Notes under the pieces: generated by a model | Seen by the model: only the letters and a program-made list of their open reading frames with translations | The model's database searches: none | What the model was told of the DNA's origin: nothing | DNA from: Lingula anatina | Taxonomy: Eukaryota > Animalia > Brachiopoda | Direction: 5' to 3' | Assembly: GCA_051362555.1 (NCBI GenBank) | Contig: CM120645.1 | Span: 4,402,001 to 4,466,000 of the forward strand | DNA length: 64,000 nucleotides | Shown here: positions 16,095 through 28,210 of the stretch, piece by piece | Numbering within the stretch: the first letter of the stretch is position 1 | How the letters are laid out: the number at the start of each line of letters is the position of its first letter | Program-made: the position numbers and the translations under genes

Positions 16095-16979
16095 TATGTT
16101 GGTAATTTACATATGAGAAGCAATTTACACAATTGCCTGAGAGGCAAGTTAAGCCCCTACTTACCAGGTATCACTTTACAGTTTGTGCGGTTTTGCATTG
16201 ATTGCCTGCACAGCCACACCTCATTGTATTGAATTCATATCTGTGATCACGGTAAACATTCTTTGATGAATTCTTCTATGATAATAGTAAAAAAAGATCA
16301 ACTACGCTGGGGTTCAGGTATATCATGATGCATCACTGGTCAACTGTTTGTTTTGAGAAGTGTTTTATATCTGTCAAGTCTATGATTATTTTTAGGTGAG
16401 CCTGTTTTGCACTTGGTATATTTCATTTTGTTATATCCCTAATAAAGCTGTTCATGATATCAGCTAAGTATTTATGAAAGCAGGTGGTACGTATAAGAGA
16501 GCTATATTCATGTCTGGAGAGTGCTCAGTGTGGGAGTACAAACAGAGATGTGGAGAGGGCAATTAAAGGAATATTCAGCTATGGATTTGTCTGCTTTGAA
16601 TATCAAATTGTGAACAAGGGACACTTAATTTGTGGATAATCGAACATGAAGGTTGTTCAAGGATTTTTAAAGGACTTTGGTTATTTTTAGCATGTCAGAG
16701 TCATCATCTGTTGAGTTCATATGGGGTGATGTCTGTCTGAGAAATGTGGTAGTTGTGATTGTGCTTATCAGGTAACAGCTATGAGGAACACCTAACACAT
16801 TTTGATTTATTGGATGTACAAACAGTTACTAGTAGGTGGATGTGTTTACATCCATGAGTTAGAATATAGCAAAACACAATCCTTGAAGCAAATTTGCTGG
16901 GTTCACCTGAGAGGGCAGTGATTATTTCATATAAGGAATTAAACAATCAAAAAAGATAAAAATCTAAGATTTGAGGACA

Positions 16980-17012
<33 letters not shown>

Positions 17013-20000
17013 TCACATGTACATGAATTTTGAATGTACATGGTACATACTGGTATATAAAAATTTAGCTTACTTGGAATGAGAGTGATCTGCATAAAAT
17101 CATCTTATATACTTCTGATCACCGTACATTGCAACTATTAATTGTAATAAGAATGCCTAGTAGCTGAATGAAAGTAGAGTTTAGTATATTGATTTCAATT
17201 AATTTTTTTCTCTTCACGGATCTATACACAAGTACCTGTATACGTATATGCATATAAATTCATACAAATGTTTAACTTCTTTAGGTATTGGTGTGGCCTG
17301 TATAGTAATAGTATTCTTGATGAACTGTTACTACATCATCATCTTGGCCTGGGACATCTTCTACCTGGTGGAGTCATTCACTTCAGTGTTGCCTTGGTCT
17401 CACTGTAATAACACATGGAACACAGATAGGTATAGTCGGCAGACACGTGTGTGTGTGTGGGGGGGGGGGGGGGGGGGGTACATTGGGGGAAGGAGGGGGT
17501 CCAATGATATACCCCTTTGGCTGGGGATAGGTTTGCACAGAATCAAAATTTGATCTTGGTTTTATGCTTTGTACCACTGTGGTACAAACCCCCCAACCTT
17601 TTTAATTATCCCCCACCCCAACCCCCAACTTTAAAATTTCTGGCTACAGACCTGATATGTATTTGTGTGTATGTGCTTGTGTTTGCAATATGTTCAATGT
17701 TTTTTTTTTTGAGTTAATGTAAATGTGTGCTTTCATACCTCTTTTTAAGTGCAATCTTTTTTCATATACCATTATATTTTTTGTGGAAGCCATATTTTAG
17801 TTTCCAAAATGGCTCATATAAATTGTGACAAAAGTGATCTTCATCCTTATTGAAGGAAAAGAATTACATATGCATGATTGTAACTGGACATTGATATTTA
17901 ACCTTTCAGGTGCTCTGTGTCATTTAACAAGAATGTCAACGTCGGTGTCACACACTGCTCCAATGTGACAGGGACATTGTTTGGTACAAATGCAAGTTTG
18001 GTGAATGATTTGACGGTGAACTGTACCAATACAACCAACATCACTACAGTGGACCCTGTCGTGGAGTTTTGGGAGTAAGTTTACTTTGTAGAGATTGCAT
18101 TCAGTGATGGCTTGTTAAAGCAAAAATATAAATTGAGAAAGCAATAGTTAAAAAAATTGGAATAAGAATAAAATGAAAGGATTAATGAAATGGAGAATGA
18201 GGTCAAGATGACATAACACCGTGATTTAAGTAGTGTATATTAAGCAGGCTGTGTGCAGTCAGAAAATTCTACAAACTATCTCTACCCGCCTTTCAATCAT
18301 GGACACGGGTGTGCACACACACACACACACACAAGTACGCATGCGCATGCTAGCACGCATACGCACACATTTATCATCCATCATTTTTTGGTGGGAAGAA
18401 TATATGTAAGTTATATATTTGTTCTGAATTACTCTACTTTTGTATGTATATTTTTCCTAGGCGCCGCATCCTGCAAATCTCTGGTGGAGTGGATGAAGTA
18501 GGCACTATTGTGTGGCAGCTGGCGCTGTCGCTGCTGGTCATCTGGATCATTGTCTACTTCTGTATATGGAAGGGAGTCAAGTGGACGGGAAAGGTGGGTT
18601 ACTGTCGGTGGTTCAGGTTGTAGACTAGAATGGAAAGGTGATGCCAAGAGTTTAAAGTATCTTATTTCAGTATATGCATGTGGAAGAGGTTTGAGTGGAT
18701 GTGGAAGGTAGGTGCTGGCTGTGATACATGTCTAAGACAGGGTTTCATGAAATAACTTGATTTAGGCTGAAAACTGGTTTTAACTTTTAGACCAAAATTG
18801 TGGTCTAGTTCAGTTCAAAATAAATAGATATTAACTATTGTCCATTTTAATAAAATAAATATTAGTCTTAAACATTAGCCTAGTCTTTATTGCTAGAAAA
18901 TGGATATTTTTGATTAATTAAAATGTATTATATATATATATAATATTATCTCCCCATTCTTTATTCTCTAGGTTGTGTATTTCACAGCCACATTTCCCTA
19001 CCTAGTGATCACAGCACTTCTGATCCGTGGGGTGACACTCCCCGGCGCTGAGAAAGGGATTGAGTTTTACCTCAAGCCCAAGTTTCACCTGTTAGCATCA
19101 TATGAGGTAAGAAAGAAATGGTTTTACATGGAACTGTCTCTGCAAGCATAAGTGGCCTGATGGAAAAATGTATAATATAATTTTTTGGTTAATTAGGGCA
19201 AATGCAGCACAGAAATAGTGAATGTGTAATGAATGTGGGACTTTGCAAAAGATACAAAGAGAGTTGGAAATCTGGATGCTCTGGCATCTTGGTACTTATA
19301 TTTCCCATATATAGCCACATCTAAGGTGTTTGCATTTCTGTATTTTTAAAGATCCACTTTTCTTTCTGAATATATATATATATATATATATATAACATAA
19401 ACTGAAACACAGCAGGCTTACATGTATTCCATGTTTGTTAAATAGACTGCTTTGATCCAGATTTTCTTTATTGATTTTGTAGGTATGGATAGATGCTGGC
19501 ACCCAGGTTTTCTTCTCCTATGCCATAGCCCTGGGAGCCATGATAGCACTGGGCAGTTATAACAAGTTCCATAACAACCACTACAAGTAAGTGGAGGAAT
19601 CACACCATGTTAACTAACACAAAGTGTAAGCCTCAGATACCAGGGAGATGTTGAGAGAAGGGGGAGGGTAATGGGATAGAGAGTTGACTGTCTTAATTGT
19701 TATATTGTAGGTTTGGAAGACCCTTAAAGGTACATACGAACCGAGCATAGGTAGAGCGTGGATATCTAGTAACACATGTAAACCACTTCTTCTAGTTTCT
19801 TATGCGTCACAAATAAATTCGACATGCCAAGGGATAAACTGAATAGATCACTCGATCAGCCATAAAAGAGCTTTAGACTGCTCCTTTCTTTAAATTTTGG
19901 GTCAGGAATTTAACCTATTTCGTGACCTACTTTTCTGCCCCATTGACATACAGCATAGAATGCTAGCAGAAAAATCCGTTCAAACATAATTTTCGGGTAA

Positions 20001-22832
20001 AATTAAACACTGCCTTTTGGTAATTCTCTTAGTTATACTACTTGAAACTATATGCTGGCATTCGGTTGGTTTTATTGACAAAAATTGACTTTGTATGCAT
20101 CTTTAATAAGGAGGGTTTAAAACATCATGCCTCATTAGCAAAATATAAAGGAGGTTCCTAAAAAGCATTTTTTTTTTTACTGTCATTATGCAATAGTCAA
20201 AAAAAAAAAGAAAAAGTCAAGTGACATCTTTTCTTTGAATCATGTACCATACCTCAAGCATCCTTTCTCTTTCTGTTTTTTTCCTGTAGGGATGTGATCA
20301 TCATCTCCCTGGCCAACAGCGGCACCAGTTTGTACGCTGGTTTCGCCATCTTCTCCGTGCTGGGCTTCATGGCGTACGAGCAAGGCGTGGACATCACGGA
20401 GGTAGCAGAGTCCGGCCCGGGACTGGCCTTCATTGCCTACCCCAAGGCAGTCACACAGATGCCCATAGCACCGCTGTGGGCCATACTGTTTTTCTTGATG
20501 ATCATATTTTTAGGATTGGACAGTCAGGTATTTCTAGTGATGTCTTGGGCTGAGTTTAAAATGATATTAAGGTCATTTGTCAGTATAATATACCTATATT
20601 TTACCCTCCAAAAATTTCAACTTTCTCTACCTCATGAAAAGGGAAATTTGTATATCTATTTCTCAGTATATGATACATCCAAAATTATAATTCATTTGAT
20701 GAAAATTATAGTTAATTGGTGATAATAATAATATACAGTACGTCAAGTAAATTTCTAACAGGCAATGATTAAAATTTTGACAGTTTGTCTTTTTTATTTG
20801 TTATAAACAGCCAGTAAAAGCATTACCAATTTTTATTAAAAAATGTATGTACATTTCCTTCAGTTTGTTGGCGTGGAGGCCTTCGTGACATCCATATTGG
20901 ACCTGTTCCCGAGACTCCTCAGGAAAGGCTACAACAGAGAGATCTTCATTGCCATCTACTGCTTTGTGTCCTTCTGTGTGGGCCTGCTCATGGTGACCAA
21001 TGTAAGTGAATTTATTATTATTATTTTTTTTAACTGACCTCTTGCCAGGCAGTCCACATTATAGCTGCTAAATTTGGCAGGTTGTACGTGAGGTTTCTGA
21101 TGATGAGTGATTATAGTCTTTGAATGGAGGAGGCAATAAATTCATGAAATAAAGCGTTTTTGATGGGGTAACACTTAGCTTTCAATAAACCTCTGAAATT
21201 AGGGATTTATCATGTGAGTTTTGCTGCTCATGCATGTATATATATGTGCACATGAATTGGCCAGGGAGATATGGTGAGTGAGTGTGAGCATGAGAGCAAT
21301 TTGACTGTGAGCTGATTTTTGTATGTCATCTGTAACCAACTGAACCTGCTGAATGTACATTATTCTGTCAAAACATGATTGAAACTCTGTGCAGAAAAAT
21401 AGCATGGTCTATCTTTTTTTAAAAACCAAGTTAAAACCAAATTAAAGAAGAACCATCAGTGTGAAGGGGGTTCTGTTGGATTCTAGTTCAATATTTTTAT
21501 ATGAAATGGAGCTTACAAATCAGACTACATGCTACCCCTTCCCATAAATGATTAATTCCATCACTTAATTCTCTGTTTGTCCAAGTCATTCATCCAGCAC
21601 TCTGCCGGATCCAGTGCACTGCCATCTTTGCTCATCAACCCTAACCTTATCTATGTTCCAGGGAGGCATGTATGTGTTCCAGTTGTTTGACTACTACTCT
21701 GCCAGCGGGATAGCCCTGTTGTGGGTCTGCTTCTGTGAATGTGCAGCCATAGGATGGATATATGGTAGGAATATGGGTATATGTATATAGGCATAGGGTG
21801 GTTATATGGAATGTATATATGTAAAGCCATAAGATATATGGTAATTTATGCATAGCCATAGGATGGATATAAGGTATTATATCAGTATATGTATATAGCC
21901 ATAGGATAGATACTATGTTTATGAATATATGTATGGCCATAGGGTGGATATGTGGAAATGTGTATATGAGCTCGTATATGTATTTAAGGAAATGACAGGG
22001 TAATGTTGGGGTGCAAGCAATTTATGGGCGTCAAAATATAAAGAATAATTGCTTATGATGTTATGAACATCTGAAAATATTTGGTCCCATTTTCAATCTT
22101 TAGTTCAAATTTTTTTATTTCAAAATCTTTGACTGCTGTGCATTCTGTTTTGTGTTTCCAGGTGCGTCCAGGTTCTACAAGGACATTGAGCTGATGCTGG
22201 GCTTCAAGATCCTGCCCTGGTTCTGGGTCTGCTGGATTGTTATCACACCTCTGATAACCATGGTAAGTATAGGGGAGGGCAGTTGATTCAGTACCTGCTG
22301 AAGAGCATGACAGACACAACCAGATGACTTCATGAAGGATGTAACTTTCTGTGGCGCAGTGAGATATACGAGTCCCTGCCACTGTTATGAATTAAAATGC
22401 AATGTGCATTTATGAAAAGTTAAATCTGGATGAAATGGTGATAAGTTAGATAAAATTGAGCATTAATTGTGCACTTGTTAACTGATATATAACATTTTAA
22501 AAACTCTATCAAGATCTTACCTGTAATTAATCGGCTATCATGTTTTAATTTCAAAATAAAAAGATTAAATGTGTAAAATTTTTAACTTGCAGATCATTTT
22601 ACAGTTTACTTTTTTCCTTCCCAGGGGATGTTGATCTTCTTCTTTGCGACCTTCAAGCCGCTAACATACAACAAGACGTACGAGTACCCTCCGTATGCAC
22701 AGGGCCTGGGCATGTGCATGGCATTCGCATCCATGATCTGCATCCCGCTGACGGCACTCTACAGGATAGCTAGGGCCAGGGGGACATTGGCTGAGGTGAG
22801 TGGACAAATTGTGGACCTTCTGAGGAACAAAG

Positions 22833-22876
<44 letters not shown>

Positions 22877-25239
22877 GATATTTAGGATTTAAAGGTAAGT
22901 AATCTAGACTATAAACTGTTTACAGCAAGTAGAATGATGCAGTTTCATTTTAGAGTCAGTGGAAATGTTTTATATCTGGTTGACAATAATAATGATGTTA
23001 GAACCTGTTGGAAATTAGCTGTAGTGGGTTTAGAAAACTTAGCACAGAGTATTTATGAGTTGTGACATCACTGTGCATTGTGTGTGTATCTGACATCACT
23101 GCATTGTGCGTGAATGTGGCATCACTGCATTATGCTTGTATGTGACATCACTGCATTGTTCATATATGTGGCATTGCTGTGCATTGTGTGACATCATGGT
23201 ACAGTGTATGTGTGTGACATCACTGCATTGTGTGTGTGTATGACATCACTAAATTGTGTATATGGCATCACTGCATTGTGTGTGTGTATGTGACATCATT
23301 GTGCATTTTGTATGTGACATCACTGCATTGTGTATGTGACATCTCTGTGCATTCTGTATGTGACATCACTGTGCATTGTGTATGTGATATCACTGTGCAT
23401 TGTGTATGTGATATCACTGTGCATTGTGTATGTGATATCACTGTGCATTATGTGTGTATATGTGGCATATCAGGTGATATACTTGAAGGAAATGTCATAC
23501 TATGGTTCAGTCGTAATTGCTTGTTTTACTTTCTTAGGTATTTTGTTCAACATTTTATGTGCTTAATATTTTTGTACTATTTACATTGTGGAGAGAAAAT
23601 TAGAAATTGGAGTGTAACATGATAACTATTATAGCTAGATCTTGTCACCCAAGTAAATAGATAAAGAGGGACCGTACAGCTGCTGTAGTGCATGTTGTTA
23701 AATACTGTGGATTAATTTGCTGTTTTGTTGTGCAGTTTTTTAACAACCCAGACACCTTCAAATTGGTCTGAGGATTGCTTTTGACAATGTATTAATGTTT
23801 ACTGAACGTGCATGTGTTGTGCAGTGTTGAATTTCTGGAGTGATGCGTTTACAACGGTTACTGTTGCTGTACACTGTAGCTTTTCTGACTGTACATGTAT
23901 TATGGTTTGTTTGGTGGTTTTGATATTGTGGTGTTGGTGTAGTGAGCAAATGCACAGTACTGTTACAGTAGTTTTCACTGTATATGTGTATATGTGCAAT
24001 ACTGACTAAGTACTGCAGTCATGATCTGGTAGTTGTCACATAGGTATATTCACCTTTAAAATTGTTGTACAACATTCAGTTTGATTGCTATAAGAATTAG
24101 AATAATATAACATTCCTAAAAGCTCAACTAAAGATAGTTGTGGCCTTATACATCAATCCATCTGTGTTGCCTCTCTTTTGAGGTTTCTTTTGTTGTAAAT
24201 GTTTGTTTGAGTGTTGCACTGGAAATGTAGTTGTTTTCAGCATTTATATATTAGTCAGCCTTGTGTCCTGTGTAGTCTATAACATGCTGCATTGCTTAAT
24301 TGGCAGTTATCACTGCTTTTTTCAAATTTTAGTTATTTGATTTATAGTGTAACATAGATAAAGTTGTTGATTTGCCTTTATTTTTGTTCTTCATTTATTA
24401 GCAGTTACTTCTGATCAATACTTACCTCTGTAATTCAAGCTTATCTTCAAACACTGCATTCACTGATAACTATATGTTAACTTTTACCATAAAACAACTT
24501 TGAATAACAGAACTCGACTAAAAATTTCTGCTTCTTTTACTAACAATATGACAATTAATATGTATTAGACACGTTACTTTATAACTGAGTTGACCAAACT
24601 AAACTATTTCTGATGTCACTGACAAGTGGCAATGACTGGGTAAATTCTTTTAACATTATGCAGGGCTCACACCTAGGAGTTTTTTTTTTAATGAAATCGA
24701 TTTGTTCCTAATTTACAACCAAAAGGAATTTTTTTTACCAAAGCAGTAATGAATTTTGGAAATTTCTATTTCACTTTCTCTGGCAAAGAAAGCGTTTTGA
24801 AGTACATAACTGCATGGTTAAGAGAAGATTTTCCATAGCTGGTGCGAATTCAAATACAGCTTGCCACCTTTCTGACTGACTAAGTGTTGGTCTCATTGGC
24901 AAGTTGTTGTAGTAAGCCTAGTCAGGTGCTTTACATGATGCATTCATAAAAAAAAAGATACTTATTTCCCTTCACTCTCCATATATTATTTGCTTAATTC
25001 TTGCCTTGATGCAGCGTTGGGCATTTGTGACTACACCACGGAACCGACCAAAGGAGGCCAAAATTGCTCATCTAACTTACGCCGTCATCCCAACCTATGA
25101 TGTTGAAAACGTGTCCAAAGTTCCCACAGCAATGCAAAATGGCAGCGACCACGCCCATCCCAAAGAAAAAGCCACGAACAACAACGCCATCCCTATGCTC
25201 TCTCCGTCCGATCTAATGGCTAATGGAAATGCTGTATAA
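10387..25239 (+). CDS. SLC6 sodium/chloride-dependent transporter, GABA/taurine/creatine subfamily (5'-incomplete, multi-exon)
   Basis: GT-AG exons join in frame: 10387-10518 ([28 protein letters not shown]), 17285-17429 ([22 protein letters not shown]), 17910-18074, 18461-18593 ([11 protein letters not shown]), 18972-19106 ([10 protein letters not shown]), 19483-19586 ([18 protein letters not shown]), 20290-20527 ([19 protein letters not shown]), 20864-21001 (FVGVE), 21662-21764 ([16 protein letters not shown]), 22162-22262, 22625-22795 and last exon 25015-25239. These are standard SLC6/NSS motifs. No TM1 exon (GxGNVWRFPY) was seen in 1-10386. Confidence 0.95.
10716..10792. repeat. (CT)n(CA)n compound microsatellite
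   Basis: Direct reading. Confidence 0.95.
13170..13312. repeat. GA-rich microsatellite tract
   Basis: Direct reading. Confidence 0.9.
19728..20102. mobile_element. Kolobok-like non-autonomous element in an SLC6 intron
   Basis: TTAA|AGGTACATACGAA ... TTTGTATGCATCT|TTAA: a TTAA TSD and an imperfect 13-bp TIR starting with AG. Confidence 0.6.
23061..23470. repeat. Intronic minisatellite, ~22-26-bp unit gtgacatcactgtgcattgtgtat
   Basis: Many degenerate tandem units. It explains the repetitive ORFs at 23230 and 23330. Confidence 0.9.
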
Positions 25240-26481
25240 TACATTCTTCTTGTTTACTTTGGTGGTAGGTAGCACATGGGTATCTCTGCTTATAACAGGT
25301 TGTACTTTCTCTGCTTTTGCTTCTGGGTATTTTGCATGAGTTTTGCTTCTCTGTAATTTTAACAGTCTGATTCAGAAAAATGATTTTGTGTGCATAATGA
25401 AAGTTTGGACTTTGGGATGTTGCTGATGCTACATTTTTTTCCAGTCAATAATTTGATTTGCTTTTATTTTATTTTTGAGGAAATAACATAATAATCTGAA
25501 AAACTGCTGGTTTTTCTATAAAAAAAAAAGAAAAAAGAAGAATAATTTGTCTTTAAATGTATCAATTTTTGTGTGTAGGGACTGTTTCTTCTTTAATCAC
25601 CACTAATAATGTGCTTTTGTCTTAGTAAGAAAGAATACTGATTCCCATTCAGTTTTGGCAAGAATCTGTAAAAAGATTATACTCCATTAAATAAGCTGAA
25701 ATAAATTGTTTTCTGAATGCATAACTGCCTGTCTAGGCAGGTTTTTAAATTTATTGGAATTGTGATATTGAATTTTTGCTGTAATATTTAGTAATGAAAA
25801 GCCAGCAAGATCAGTATGTAAAGGAGCTTTTCATGTCAATATTTTGCTGACATTTGTCAGCATTTTCCCTTACAAGCTCTGTGTGTAATAGTCGTAAAAA
25901 AAAAGAAAGATAAAATGGATCTAAAACAACAGGTAGGAAAAAAATCAAAAGATATGTGATACATAAAATTTTTGGCAATGCTGCATTTTTTGTGTGATGG
26001 TGCATAGTGGAGATTGATTTGCTGTGGATAGGTTGCTTTTGGAGCTTCTGTTTTAATTTTGATACAGTTGACTGGTGAATTTGTTAATATGAAAGTTTTT
26101 GTTCTGATTATGATATTATTTTTGGCAGCTTGCTTGTGCCAGTAGTTGTTAAAAAACCCCATACACAAACACCCACAAAAGCATGCACATGCACAGACAC
26201 ACATGCATGCACACACGCAGGTCGTACAGATGTGTTTTTCCACCAGTGAGTGCACTCCTCGGGATCTGTGAATTTTCATGATAACTTTTGGTTTGATAAA
26301 CATATCTTACTGGAGAGATTAGGAGATACATGAAACATTATCAATATTATAGGTATTTTTAACTTCATATTTAGAATGACGAAGAACCTAGCACCTAGTT
26401 CAGTTTGTTAAAAGCTCCAAAGAGTTAAAAGTGCCCCAAAAGACCTGAGTTATTTACCATTTCATCTTCCTGCATTTTCAG

Positions 26482-26640
26482 CGATGGAGGACGGTGACGA
26501 CTCCAGTATTCTCCGAATCCACTCAGAAACACGTCCGCAATGCTGGAGATTCCTGGTCCACAATCAGTCACAGCTTTATGTCTTCACGAGATACAGTATT
26601 TACTCTTCAGTCCAGGTCTTATGACTTGCAAAAAGTTTAA
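26482..26640 (+). CDS. Alternative last coding exon of the SLC6 gene (isoform B C-terminus)
   Basis: Strong acceptor ttcatcttcctgcattttcag| in phase 0, matching the donor at 22795. It reads RWRTVTTPVFSESTQKHVRNAGDSWSTISHSFMSSRDTVFTLQSRSYDLQKV* and opens with the same RW-x-x-VTTP motif as the exon at 25015 (RWAFVTTP). Confidence 0.75.
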   Translation, partial: RWRTVTTPVFSESTQKHVRNAGDSWSTISHSFMSSRDTVFTLQSRSYDLQKV

Positions 26641-27695
26641 GTTGATTATTTTTTTTTTGCAAAAGCTGTTATTTTTATTGTGAAAGGCCTACATAGTTGT
26701 ATACTAGTATATCTAGTAGACTAAGATCTGTACATTCACTTACACTCTCTTTTGCTCGTTTTGTATCAGATTTTATATAGAAGTAAAATGGTATAGTAAG
26801 ACTTGGAAGAAAAACATTTTACCTAAGTATTATAATGTGCTGTACTTAACAAAAGATTTTAAAAAGTAGATATCATGTATTTTTCTAGATTCAAACAAAA
26901 CACCTTTTTTTTTTCAAATTTCATGAATGGAGCCTACATGAGTGGTGCCTCATAGATATATATTGTCTTTAACTGTAAAATCTTTATAAGGTACTTTACA
27001 ATACATAGAATGAATGTCTATAATAATAGATGTATTGTAATGGAAAGTGACAGACAAAGAACGTATCCAAATCTGGGAAAAATGTGTCTGCAACTCTCAG
27101 AATTTTCTCACAAGTGGACAGAGAGGGAGAGAAGAGTGATTTTCACCTGAATTTTGATGAGTAATCATTTATTTTCAAGAAATATGCCATTTCCAGTACT
27201 TTCTTTAACAGAACATTTTGTTTACTACTGGGCTTTTAGAAACTATTCTTTATTTGTCACTGAAAATGAATGGCTTTCTCCTTATAAGCAAAACGTAATT
27301 TCACTTGTTTTCATTGATTGGCATCATTGATTATTTTTTTGCCTGAAATATTTAAGTTATTTTTTAGAATGAATTGTGCCAGTGAACACAAATGTAAACA
27401 ATATTTTATATAAAAACATGTAGCAGTTAATAGTTGATATTGAATGAACTGGCATGTTGCGATTAAATGATATTGGGGTTTGTCTCCCATGGTGGAAAGA
27501 TACATCTTGAACTTTTTTTTTGTAAGTACAGCAAATGACTGTACTTAAATTTCAGAAAATATTTTGATATTTGATCATGTTCAGGCTATGCAGTCACCCT
27601 TAAAAAAGTGACTCTTATAGTGCTGGAAAAAAATCCTGGAAATTTCTACATTTTTCACGTTATCATCAGCATTGTAATTTTGTCAGTGATTTTAG

Positions 27696-27875
27696 ATATG
27701 GTGTGCATGGGCATTTGTGACCACACCACGGAACCGACCAAAGGAGGCCAAAATTGCTCATGTAACTTACGCAATCATCCCAACCTATGATGTTGAAAAT
27801 GTGTCCAAAGTGTTCAAATTTCAAGGAATTTTTTCTCTGTTATATGCTCAAGGTGTCTTTGAAAATATGAAATAG
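27696..27875 (+). CDS. Partial duplicate of the SLC6 last exon; possible third alternative last exon or pseudo-exon
   Basis: 27708-27811 is a near-identical copy of 25018-25121. The AG at 27694-27695 gives an in-frame exon [59 protein letters not shown], followed by AATAAA at 27890. The pyrimidine tract is weak. Confidence 0.4.
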   Translation: MWCAWAFVTTPRNRPKEAKIAHVTYAIIPTYDVENVSKVFKFQGIFSLLYAQGVFENMK

Positions 27876-28025
27876 AGAAATTACTAAGCAATAAAAGTGT
27901 CATCATAATGAATAGCCTTACATATAGCTTCAAAAGCAAGTAGTTTTGCAGAAATGGTTACTCCTGTTGAAACAGTAGTATATATATTTCAAAGTAAATA
28001 CAAGAGCAGGGGACATGCTCTCAAA

Positions 28026-28210
28026 GACCCCATTCCCAGAGATTAGATCGATCTACTTAAGAATAGCTGTCAGCCGAGCAGACCCGAAAATTAATTACCC
28101 CCTTACAGCTTGTAGTAGGCAGGACGGACATTTAAGCTGGATTATCTTACAGTAATCTAGTGAGACTCCCCATGGGGATAGATCGATCTAAAAGCTCTGG
28201 GAATACGCCC
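28026..28210. mobile_element. Same MITE family, internally deleted copy
   Basis: cattcccagag...ctctgggaat termini; the core is nearly identical to 7070-7200. Confidence 0.8.

Noticed and set aside
23061-23470. Regular ~24-bp repeat array superficially like a CRISPR array
   Set aside because: There are no unique spacers or cas genes, and it lies in a eukaryotic intron.
23736-23771. Possible extra short SLC6 last exon ([11 protein letters not shown]) after ttgtgcag
   Set aside because: It lacks the RW..VTTP motif and is too short to tell from chance.
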